Shown here one piece after another: positions 9,085-16,544 of a stretch of DNA of 32,000 nt. The DNA comes from Dubosiella newyorkensis (GTDB lineage Bacteria > Bacillota_I > Bacilli_A > Erysipelotrichales > Erysipelotrichaceae). The notes under the pieces are model-generated. The model worked only from the letters and a program-made list of their open reading frames with translations. It did no database searches and had not been told where the DNA came from. Location: NCBI RefSeq assembly GCF_001945605.1, contig NZ_MPKA01000087.1:1-32000 (forward strand). The letters are read 5' to 3'. Made by a program: the position numbers and the translations under genes. The first letter of the stretch is position 1. Every line of letters begins with the position of its first letter.

Positions 9085-9870
9085 ATGGAAATCAAATTAA
9101 CGTCTGATATGTTTGAGCAAGGTAAACTCGATCCTTATGCTTCTGTCGGAAGTGACTATGCGGCATGTAAAGATTCTTCCACGCACTCGCTTCACGAGAA
9201 AAGAGTTCGTTCAAAAGATCTTATTCCTTGCGGATCAGACAGAAAAATCACCTTTTCTGGAGATAATTCTCATTTAATGATATGGATTCTTGAATTCGAC
9301 AAAGATAAAAAATATTTAGGAATTGGCAAAGGATGGAATTACTTTACAACTTATACGCTAAAGTTTGAAACTGCTTATGTTGCATTTATGATTGCTAGAA
9401 ATCCAAATAGCGCATATCTTGATGTTTCGCTTTTAGATACCCTTTCGCTTATTCCCTACCACGATGATTGGATGTCCATTAAAGTCGACAGGTATCGAGG
9501 ACAATGTTCGACATGGGCTACTAAACCTTATTCTGATTGGGGTATTAAAGCTGGAGATGTTGTAACGTTTCAGATTCGAATCAAATCTACATCAGGCAAA
9601 AAGCTTCATGCTCGTATAGAGTGGTTCAATTCTGACAATGATAGAATTTCTATTTATCCTGAAACCGTACAAGTTATTGAGAACAGCGAAGGTGTTTCAA
9701 CCATAACGCTAACAGTTCCATCGGATTATTCACAAATGGGATTGTGGTTAGATGCTAATCTAACAACGCAAACTCATACGGAAATAACTACAGAGCTTGT
9801 CAAAGCTGATATCTTTGTAATCGGTTCGAGCATTCCTTCGAATCTCGACCGGGGGGGGTACTTCAGATGA
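9085..9870 (+). CDS. Hypothetical tail-fibre-associated protein (ORF A), beta-sandwich/carbohydrate-binding-like. Ends in a Gly run encoded by a G8 tract
   Basis: ATG 9085 lies 7 nt after AAAGGAG, so the ORF-track start at 8977 inside Tal is rejected. 261 aa in a markedly AT-rich segment. The C-terminus is SNLDRGGYFR, and its stop overlaps the next ATG as ATGA. Confidence 0.65.
   Translation: MEIKLTSDMFEQGKLDPYASVGSDYAACKDSSTHSLHEKRVRSKDLIPCGSDRKITFSGDNSHLMIWILEFDKDKKYLGIGKGWNYFTTYTLKFETAYVAFMIARNPNSAYLDVSLLDTLSLIPYHDDWMSIKVDRYRGQCSTWATKPYSDWGIKAGDVVTFQIRIKSTSGKKLHARIEWFNSDNDRISIYPETVQVIENSEGVSTITLTVPSDYSQMGLWLDANLTTQTHTEITTELVKADIFVIGSSIPSNLDRGGYFR
9851..9858 (+). repeat. Homopolymeric G8 tract, 8 nt upstream of the ORF A/ORF B ATGA junction
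   Basis: Read directly: gacc GGGGGGGG tacttcagATGA. The -1 frame is open from the tract into ORF B. Confidence 0.95.
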
Positions 9871-10430
9871 GTAACTACCCTGAACTTCAAATCGTTAATA
9901 CTCCCGACGGGTTAGAATACGCACGTGGTTACAATATCTTATCTGTTTCGAAAGCCGTGATACAAGAAATCGGAAGAAGTGGAGCTTGTTCGGTTTCAAG
10001 GGTCGTTTCAGGCGGAGGAATAGATATTACTGTAAATTCCGATACAAGTGGAATAGCAGTACCAAGGTTTCAATCCTTGAATCTTCCCTATGGTTTAACT
10101 GATTATCGTTTAACTTTCGATATGTGGGCGGAAATTCCCGATGGGGGAAATTCTTTAATTTGCAATGTAGGTATTTGTGATGCCAATTCCAAAGGATTTG
10201 CTATTCCAACAACACGAACTGAATTTTCAAACGTACATCATCCAAGGAATTCCTATATTTTTGATAACACCTATCACGGTTTTGTGGATTTTGAAATCAG
10301 AGCTTCTTCAGGAGCAATGAAAGCCGGAACGGTAATTCATATCCGAAACATCATGGTTTCTTTAAGTTCAGATAAATTTGTGTATAGATCAAACCCTGCC
10401 GATCTGGTCGGGGGGGGGGGTTGCCTATGA
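9867..10430 (+). CDS. Hypothetical tail-fibre-associated protein (ORF B), beta-sandwich-like. Ends in a Gly run encoded by a G11 tract
   Basis: 187 aa and AT-rich. Start ATG 9867 overlaps the ORF A stop. The C-terminus is NPADLVGGGGCL, and its stop overlaps ATG 10427 as ATGA. Confidence 0.6.
   Translation: MSNYPELQIVNTPDGLEYARGYNILSVSKAVIQEIGRSGACSVSRVVSGGGIDITVNSDTSGIAVPRFQSLNLPYGLTDYRLTFDMWAEIPDGGNSLICNVGICDANSKGFAIPTTRTEFSNVHHPRNSYIFDNTYHGFVDFEIRASSGAMKAGTVIHIRNIMVSLSSDKFVYRSNPADLVGGGGCL
10410..10420 (+). repeat. Homopolymeric G11 tract, 6 nt upstream of the ORF B/ORF C ATGA junction
   Basis: Read directly: ggtc GGGGGGGGGGG ttgcctATGA. The -1 frame is open from the tract into ORF C. Confidence 0.95.
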
Positions 10431-10960
10431 GCATTATTGCTAGAGGACTACCTCTTACGGTTCGGAACAGCATTGATGAAGCGATCCAGAATACCGCATC
10501 TCAGCTGGAACAGCGCCTGTCAACGTCGATCGCACAGACCGGGGAAAGCATAAAAAACGAGGTTTCGCAGCAATACTATGCGAAGGGAGACACTGATAAA
10601 TTGATTGCAGAAGCATCAACGATTCTTACCCAAAAATACAACAGCTTCGAGATGTCGTTTAATTCCTTCAAACAGATGGTAGACAGCAACCAAAACCTGA
10701 CCAACCAGGAGTTTGCTACGATCACTAAGTTTATCCGTTTTATCGATGGGAACATCTTTTTAGGGGAGAACGGAAACAACCAGATGCTCAAGATCGCAAA
10801 AGATCGGATCTCTTTTCTCCAGGGGCAAGCGGAGGTTGCTTACATCTCCGACAGCACGCTGTACATCTACGACGGCGTGTTTTTAAATTCTTTGCGCATT
10901 GGAAACTTTGCCTTCGTTCCGCGAGCAAATGGATCCTTGGACTTCAAGAAAGTGAGGTGA
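10427..10960 (+). CDS. Tail fibre C-terminal-module-like protein (ORF C)
   Basis: ATG 10427 is preferred over the ORF-track TTG at 10421. Coiled N-terminal half, then LKIAKDRISFLQGQAEVAYISDSTLYIYDGVFLNSLRIGNFAFVPRANGSLDF. I recognise that motif from the C-terminal end of long Firmicute phage minor structural/fibre proteins. GC content returns to about 53 % here. Confidence 0.65.
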   Translation: MSIIARGLPLTVRNSIDEAIQNTASQLEQRLSTSIAQTGESIKNEVSQQYYAKGDTDKLIAEASTILTQKYNSFEMSFNSFKQMVDSNQNLTNQEFATITKFIRFIDGNIFLGENGNNQMLKIAKDRISFLQGQAEVAYISDSTLYIYDGVFLNSLRIGNFAFVPRANGSLDFKKVR

Positions 10961-10966
10961 TGATCT

Positions 10967-13441
10967 ATGGCCTACGGAAATTGGCATGGCGCTGTATGGC
11001 GCAATGTTTGGGCCAGCGCCTACTACTCGATCGATGTGCAGTGGGACTACTGTCAAGATATTGAGGCAAATAAAACAAAGATCTCGATGATGGCGATCCG
11101 TCTCCATCGTCTGAACAGCGCTTACTATTTCTACAATGCTTACGGCAAGGTAGGGATCGGAGACTTTAATGGTGGCAAGTTTGAGTCGACAGTATCAATG
11201 GACGTCAGAAATACGACGCTTCAAACTTTTGCCCTGACAAACCGGCACAGCGAAGTCGAGCACAATCCTGACGGATCGTGGCCAACGGGCAAAAAATGGG
11301 GTCAATGGATGTTCAAGGCAGGCATCAATGGATACAACACGCCAGAGGTGGGATGGACAGTATTCAATATTGATGGATCGATCCCTAAGATCCCTAGAGC
11401 AACCGTTCCAACAGTGAGCGCAGAAAGCATCAATATGGGATCTGAGGTCACGATCAACCTCCCAAAAGCAACCAGCAGTTTCACACACGATATTTTTTAC
11501 AAATATTCCAGCGATTCCAGTTATACAACTCTTGCAACTGGTGTAACTGGGACATCACAAAAATGGACGCCGCCAGTATCTTTAGCAAGCAAGATACCAA
11601 GTGCAACAAGCGGAACATGGAATATTTTGGTAAGAACAAAGTCCGGCAGCACGATCATAGGCGATAAGAGCATCAATATAACGCTCAGCGTCCCATCAAA
11701 CATTGTGCCGAGCATCTCATCTGTGGCCGTAGCTGAAGCAACGGCCGGGATCGCAGCACAATTCGCCGCCTATATACAAGGCAGGTCGACTTTTAAAGTG
11801 ACGGTGGCCGCAGCCGGAAACCAGGGAAGCACGATCAAAAGCTATTCGGTAAAAGCGGATGGCAAAACATACTCAAGGGATAGTAACGTCTTTACAACAC
11901 AGACCATTAACGGTTCTGGAAATTTGAACGTCGTTGCTACTGTTACCGACTCACGGGGGCGAACGGCATCGAAAACAGTAACGGTCGCTGTGTCTGCTTA
12001 TTCATCGCCATCTGTCACGACCTTCAAAGCCGTACGGTGTACAAGTGCAGGCGTGGAAAACGAAGAAGGAACAGCAGTCAAGATTTTGTTTAATTTCTCG
12101 ATCGCTGCAATGGGGAACAAAAACACACGATCTTTTAAAATCCAACAGCTTAATGGCAACACATGGACCGACATTCACACGATCACGGATTCGTATAGTA
12201 CGAATTCAAGCATCATCAAAACCGGTCCTTTTTCTGTGGACAGCAAATTCAGCTTCCGGGCTGTTGCGGCGGACTTTTTCACGAGCGCTACGGTGTACTC
12301 AGATGTATCGCCGTCTTTTGCGTTGATCAATTTCGGGGCAGGCGGTAAATCTTTAGCGTTTGGTGGAGTGAGCTCGAATGATGGATCATTTGAGTCGTAT
12401 ATGGCCACAAAAGTTTACAACAAATTTCAGGTTCCTATTGCCAAAGACTTAACTGATAATGGCGTACCTTTTGCGGGAGCTGGACCGGGATTAACCGACC
12501 TGACTCAATTATCGAATTATCGTAGCTTTATCGGAGCACTCGCTTTAAACGGCGTGTGGAATAATGTTTTGAGTATACGGCACAGAAATGGATATTCTGA
12601 TGGAAGCAATTACGGAATGTATATCCGAAGCGCCTTAACATCGAGCGGTTCCTTATTTTATCGCCAACAATATAGCGGTAATTGGGCGAGCGAAAGGATG
12701 ATTGTTGATAGCTGGAATTATCCAGAAGCAACCAAGCGTTATCACTATCGTTTTTATTGTCCTTCGGGAGGTGGCGCAAGATGGGTCCATATCGGCGATT
12801 TCCCATCAAATACCGGAGGGACAACACATGCGATTACGATTTATACCGGCAATGGGTTTAATGGTCGCTCAGATCAAAACAGTGAAATAGAAATTAGAAT
12901 CAAGCCTGCAGCCGAAAACTATGGGACTACTTTTTGGGTTAATGGGTATTATCATAATTCGATCCAAGTTAAAGTCTATACTCAGTCTACATCAACACCT
13001 TGCCAGCTTTGGGTATATTTCCCGTGGGCATGGTATTCTGGAAGCGTAGAGGTATATACAGAAGGAAGTTTTAACTTTAGTGGTGCCAATCAAACCGGAA
13101 CACCAGCGCAGCCAGCGAATACAGCAAACGCCCCAGTGGCGAATATAACCCCTGACATGCGAGGCTATCCAATCGGATCAGTTTTCGAATGCACTGCAGC
13201 TAGTATTTCGAACCCCGCAAATGTGATGGGTGGAACGTGGCAAGAAATTCGTGCTGTGTTTGCGAATATTAATAATTCGAATCAGGTTATTGATGTGGCG
13301 GGCGGCGCAACTGCTAATGGTACGAATATTGATTTATATGTTTTCAACGGATCGAATGCACAAAAGTTTTTGATACAAGGTTCGCCGGCTGGACAAAATA
13401 CAGCTCGACATGATCTTCGTATGTGGATTCGAACACAGTAA
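10967..13441 (+). CDS. DUF859-like siphovirus structural protein (putative baseplate/receptor-binding protein) with a C-terminal ricin-B-like lectin motif
   Basis: GAGGTG lies 7 nt upstream of the ATG. The N-terminus WRNVWASAYYSIDVQWDYCQDIEANKTKI..., IPKIPRATVPT and SSFTHDIFYKY match my recollection of the DUF859 family. The C-terminal QVIDVAGGATANGTNIDLYVFNGSNAQKFLIQ resembles a single ricin-type QxW subdomain. Confidence 0.7.
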   Translation: MAYGNWHGAVWRNVWASAYYSIDVQWDYCQDIEANKTKISMMAIRLHRLNSAYYFYNAYGKVGIGDFNGGKFESTVSMDVRNTTLQTFALTNRHSEVEHNPDGSWPTGKKWGQWMFKAGINGYNTPEVGWTVFNIDGSIPKIPRATVPTVSAESINMGSEVTINLPKATSSFTHDIFYKYSSDSSYTTLATGVTGTSQKWTPPVSLASKIPSATSGTWNILVRTKSGSTIIGDKSINITLSVPSNIVPSISSVAVAEATAGIAAQFAAYIQGRSTFKVTVAAAGNQGSTIKSYSVKADGKTYSRDSNVFTTQTINGSGNLNVVATVTDSRGRTASKTVTVAVSAYSSPSVTTFKAVRCTSAGVENEEGTAVKILFNFSIAAMGNKNTRSFKIQQLNGNTWTDIHTITDSYSTNSSIIKTGPFSVDSKFSFRAVAADFFTSATVYSDVSPSFALINFGAGGKSLAFGGVSSNDGSFESYMATKVYNKFQVPIAKDLTDNGVPFAGAGPGLTDLTQLSNYRSFIGALALNGVWNNVLSIRHRNGYSDGSNYGMYIRSALTSSGSLFYRQQYSGNWASERMIVDSWNYPEATKRYHYRFYCPSGGGARWVHIGDFPSNTGGTTHAITIYTGNGFNGRSDQNSEIEIRIKPAAENYGTTFWVNGYYHNSIQVKVYTQSTSTPCQLWVYFPWAWYSGSVEVYTEGSFNFSGANQTGTPAQPANTANAPVANITPDMRGYPIGSVFECTAASISNPANVMGGTWQEIRAVFANINNSNQVIDVAGGATANGTNIDLYVFNGSNAQKFLIQGSPAGQNTARHDLRMWIRTQ

Positions 13442-13468
13442 ATTATATAAAATTATTTAATTTAAGAG

Positions 13469-13497
13469 TTGAAACTCTTGAGATTATATAGTATTAT
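13469..13497 (+). promoter_or_regulatory. Sigma-A-type promoter for hicAB, overlapped by a palindrome
   Basis: TTGAAA (13469-13474), 17-nt spacer, TATTAT (13492-13497), about 20 nt upstream of the hicA SD AAGGAGG. The palindrome AAGAGTT-GA-AACTCTT (13464-13479) overlaps the -35 and may be an operator. Confidence 0.5.
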
Positions 13498-13516
13498 ATA
13501 AACACAAGGAGGAACC

Positions 13517-13690
13517 ATGAAACAAAGAGAGCTTATAAAGAGGCTAGGAAAACTTGGATTCCATTTTGAAAGACATGGCGCGAACCATGACATTTACACA
13601 GATGGAAAAACAAAAATTCCCATTCCAAGACACAAAGAAATAAAAGAAGCCTTAGCAAAAGCCATTATCGAACAAGCGGAGCTCAAATGA
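13517..13690 (+). CDS. hicA: HicA-family mRNA interferase toxin
   Basis: 57 aa: MKQRELIKRLGKLGFHFERHGANHDIYTDGKTKIPIPRHKEIKEALAKAIIEQAELK. It has the typical HicA length and the pattern L-K-LxKxGF...HG-NH.....IP-H.K..........I..Q. Strong SD AAGGAGG. It is below the ORF-track size cutoff. Confidence 0.8.
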   Translation: MKQRELIKRLGKLGFHFERHGANHDIYTDGKTKIPIPRHKEIKEALAKAIIEQAELK

Positions 13691-13728
13691 GCACGCTTGT
13701 CGATATCTATGTTTTATGAAATAAAAAT

Positions 13729-14106
13729 ATGAAAAAATTAGTATATCCGGCTGAATTTGTAAAGCAAGATGACGGATCTTATTTGGTGTTTTTTGTCGAT
13801 ATTCCCCAATGTATGACAGAAGGAAAAGATTTACCAAACGCGCTTTATATGGCTGAAGATTGCCTGAAAACATGGGCACAAGCAATGGTTGATGATGGAC
13901 TTTCATTACCAACAGCAACCAGCGGAGAAAACGCGAAACCAACAAAAGGGGGCTTTATTAGTCTAGCAACCGCAGAATTAAAAGACTCTAAGCCGGTGAT
14001 CAAATCAGTTAGCCTTCCTCATTGGATGGCTGACGAAGCAGCAAAAGCACATCTAAGTTTATCTGGCGTATTGCAAGAAGCACTTTCTCAAAAATTAAGT
14101 ATGTAG
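13729..14106 (+). CDS. hicB: HicB-family antitoxin with a C-terminal ribbon-helix-helix
   Basis: 125 aa. The N-terminus YPAEFVKQDDGSYLVFFVDIPQCMTEGKDLPNALYMAEDCL is the HicB RNase-H-like fold signature. The C-terminal VSLPHWMADEAAKAHLSLSGVLQEALSQKL is CopG/RHH-like. It sits immediately downstream of hicA. Confidence 0.8.
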   Translation: MKKLVYPAEFVKQDDGSYLVFFVDIPQCMTEGKDLPNALYMAEDCLKTWAQAMVDDGLSLPTATSGENAKPTKGGFISLATAELKDSKPVIKSVSLPHWMADEAAKAHLSLSGVLQEALSQKLSM

Positions 14107-14135
14107 AAACCTGTCGAAAGACGGGTTTTTATTTT
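14107..14135 (+). terminator. Intrinsic terminator after hicB
   Basis: AACCTGTC-GAAA-GACGGGTT (one G.U pair) followed by TTTTTATTTT. Confidence 0.7.
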
Positions 14136-14146
14136 AAGGAGGCAAA

Positions 14147-14767
14147 ATGCAAATTTATATTGAATACGGCTTAAACGCCACAATCAAAAATATTTCTTCT
14201 GTAAAGACCGAGCAATGCTATGCCCCGGTCTTTTTTGATGATCCAATTGATATCGACAAAATCGAAGGATACATGACCTATATCGGATCGGACAGTCAGA
14301 CGCATGCAAGTTTTGATCAAGCCACGTGGGAAGCGTACGAAAGAGCAAAAGAAGAAGAGAGAGCACGGAAACAGGCGCAAAAGATGCTCGACGACTTGTC
14401 TTATAAGACCGTCCTCGACACCGCCACCGACGAGCAGGCGCTTGTCATGCGGCCACTCTATCCAATGTGGCAGGTCGATCAGGTCTACAAAAAGGGGGCG
14501 TATTTGCAGTATGGCGGCAAGCTGTACCGCGTACTCCAAGACCACACATCGCAGGCCGACTGGACGCCAGACAAAGCCGTGTCGCTCTATGTCAATGTCG
14601 CCGATCCGCAAGACCCGTTTCCACCGTATAAGGCGCCTACGGGAGCACATGACGCCTACAGCAAGGGTGACGGGATTACTTTTGAGGAAAAGCATTACCG
14701 CTCGAAAATCGACGGGAATGTGTATAGTCCGGCCGAAAGTCCGGATAGCTGGGAGCTTGTAGAATAG
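14147..14767 (+). CDS. Phage protein with two CBM5/12-like (chitin-binding-type) carbohydrate-binding repeats
   Basis: AAGGAGG SD. Two copies of the aromatic pattern: YKKGAYLQYGGKLYRVLQDHTSQADWTPDKAVSLY and YSKGDGITFEEKHYRSKIDGNVYSPAESPDSWELV. It occupies the usual position just before the lysis cassette. Confidence 0.6.
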   Translation: MQIYIEYGLNATIKNISSVKTEQCYAPVFFDDPIDIDKIEGYMTYIGSDSQTHASFDQATWEAYERAKEEERARKQAQKMLDDLSYKTVLDTATDEQALVMRPLYPMWQVDQVYKKGAYLQYGGKLYRVLQDHTSQADWTPDKAVSLYVNVADPQDPFPPYKAPTGAHDAYSKGDGITFEEKHYRSKIDGNVYSPAESPDSWELVE

Positions 14768-14778
14768 GAGGTAAATAT

Positions 14779-15066
14779 ATGGAATTTCTACAATCTTATT
14801 TCAATCTTTTAATTGTTGGGTGCTGCGTTGTGATTGGGTATGTATGGACGACGTTCACGCCGGAGAACGATTTGAGCCGACGGTATATCCCTGTAGTGAT
14901 GGCCGTACTTGGAACGATCCTGGCATGTATTGATGCACGAGGCGTGAGCCTTGAAATTATCCTTTCTGGATCGGTGAGCGGCCTGGCGTCTACCGGATGT
15001 TATGAGGCATTTAAGCAGTTAATTCTTAAGCCTAAGTGGATTGAAGACAAAGCAGAGGAAAGGTAA
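14779..15066 (+). CDS. Phage holin
   Basis: 95 aa with two or three TM segments and a charged C-terminus (KWIEDKAEER). YIPVVMAVLGTIL...SGSVSGLASTGCYEAFKQLI matches my recollection of the Hol44/phage_holin_5 type. It lies upstream of the endolysin. Confidence 0.75.
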   Translation: MEFLQSYFNLLIVGCCVVIGYVWTTFTPENDLSRRYIPVVMAVLGTILACIDARGVSLEIILSGSVSGLASTGCYEAFKQLILKPKWIEDKAEER

Positions 15067-15489
15067 ATGGAAGAGGTAATCAGTGCGTATGGCTTACCGA
15101 CTTTGATTGCGATTGGAAGCGCTCTTGTGGGCGCTTTTTTCTCGTATCGCGAATTTCGAAAAAAAGCGTATGATCATGCAAAAGAAATGATTGATCTATC
15201 ACCAGAAACAGCAAAGGCAGAAAGGGATCATATCCGCAAGGATGTCGATGATCTGAAAGATGAAGTTAGCGCAATCCGAGAAAGTGTAGATAGCCTTGTG
15301 AAATCCGACTTAGCCAATCGGATGCTCAAGCTCGCTGATAAAGCACAGTACTATAAACATCTTGAATACTGTCCCATCGAAATGAAAGGCTTGCTCAAGT
15401 CTGAATTTGATCGATATTTTGATGAAGGCGGAAATCATATCACCCGGGATCTTTTAAAAGAAGTCCTGGCGTTACCAAATGAGAAATAG
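15067..15489 (+). CDS. Membrane-anchored coiled-coil protein of unknown function in the lysis cassette
   Basis: ATG directly abuts the holin stop. 140 aa with one N-terminal TM (LPTLIAIGSALVGAFF), an acidic coiled-coil, and a C-terminal region I do not recognise. Confidence 0.6.
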   Translation: MEEVISAYGLPTLIAIGSALVGAFFSYREFRKKAYDHAKEMIDLSPETAKAERDHIRKDVDDLKDEVSAIRESVDSLVKSDLANRMLKLADKAQYYKHLEYCPIEMKGLLKSEFDRYFDEGGNHITRDLLKEVLALPNEK

Positions 15490-15500
15490 GAGGAAATAAT

Positions 15501-16508
15501 ATGGCAAACTCAAATTTAGCAACTTATCGAAACCCGACCCGGAATCATTCCGGAGGGCGAACGCAAAAAATATCAAAAATTACACCGCACGAAATGGCGG
15601 CAATCTGGAGTGGCCGGCAGTGTGCTGACTACTTTGCCGGAACGACACGCCAAGCATCAAGCAATTACTGTATCGGAAATGGCGGCGACATTGCAATCAG
15701 TGTGGACGAAGGAAATCGCGCTTGGACAAGCTCCAGCGAGTACAATGATCAGCGTGCGGTGACGATCGAAGTATCGAATTCCGTGTGCGGTGGCGACTGG
15801 CCAGTCAGCCCAGCCGCTTACAATGCTCTTGTGCGTCTTTGCGCTGACATCTGCAAGCGGAATGGAATCAACCCGGCCTATAATGGCGCAGCAAGTGGCA
15901 GTATCACAATGCACAAAATGTTTGCATCCACGGCTTGTCCAGGGCCTTATCTGACTCATAAAATCGTGTCTGGAGATCTTGCAAGAGACATCAAAGCCGC
16001 AATGGGTCAAGGGACTGCAAAGCCAGTATCTCAACAGCTTTATCGCATCCGCAAATCATGGGCTGATGTTAAGTCGCAGATCGGCGCTTATAAGTCACTC
16101 GAAAACGCTAAAAAAGCCTGTGGTGTTGGTTACTCTGTATTTGATAAGGACGGTAAGGCTGTCTACACTCCAGGAGGATCCGCAGCTAAAAAGTGGACAC
16201 AGGACTGCGTGCTAAAAGTTGGCGATAAGGTCATTTCTGTGTCGTGTGGCATTGTAGCTGTACCGGGTACTAACTCAGCAGTGCAAGGCAACTTGGTCAA
16301 TATTCCAGCTCTAGGAGGGATGGTCCCGCTATCCGACGTTTCAGAAGCCGATGATACAGGCGACGGCAAAAAGGATGACTATCTGGCCAACACTAAATCC
16401 AGAGTATTTTTGCTGCAAGCGACTGTGACTAAGATCATCAGCAATGATCTTGTTCAACTTGACCGCGGATATGTGGTAAAAACTGGTCCTTTGATGGGAC
16501 TAAGATAG
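15501..16508 (+). CDS. Endolysin: N-acetylmuramoyl-L-alanine amidase (Amidase_2/PGRP type) with a C-terminal cell-wall-binding region
   Basis: AGGAGG SD. ASSNYCIG..GDIAISVDEGNRAWTSSS.YNDQRAVTIEVSN...ITMHKMFASTACPGPYL is the Amidase_2 signature. The C-terminus has a SPOR-like YRIRKSWADVKSQIGAYKSLENAKKA segment and an SH3-like segment. Confidence 0.85.
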   Translation: MANSNLATYRNPTRNHSGGRTQKISKITPHEMAAIWSGRQCADYFAGTTRQASSNYCIGNGGDIAISVDEGNRAWTSSSEYNDQRAVTIEVSNSVCGGDWPVSPAAYNALVRLCADICKRNGINPAYNGAASGSITMHKMFASTACPGPYLTHKIVSGDLARDIKAAMGQGTAKPVSQQLYRIRKSWADVKSQIGAYKSLENAKKACGVGYSVFDKDGKAVYTPGGSAAKKWTQDCVLKVGDKVISVSCGIVAVPGTNSAVQGNLVNIPALGGMVPLSDVSEADDTGDGKKDDYLANTKSRVFLLQATVTKIISNDLVQLDRGYVVKTGPLMGLR

Positions 16509-16512
16509 ACAA

Positions 16513-16533
16513 AGCTCCCGAAAGGGGGCTTTT
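16513..16533 (+). terminator. Intrinsic terminator after the endolysin
   Basis: AGCTCCC-GAAA-GGGGGCT followed by TTT(A)ATTTT. It is weaker on the minus strand, where a C.A mismatch forms. Confidence 0.65.
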
Positions 16534-16544
16534 AATTTTGGCCT

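Noticed and set aside
9085-9105. ORF A starts MEIKLTS, similar to the Tal start MIKLTS (5321)
   Set aside because: The underlying nucleotide sequences differ at most positions and the similarity stops after 5 residues, so it is probably coincidence rather than a duplicated start module.
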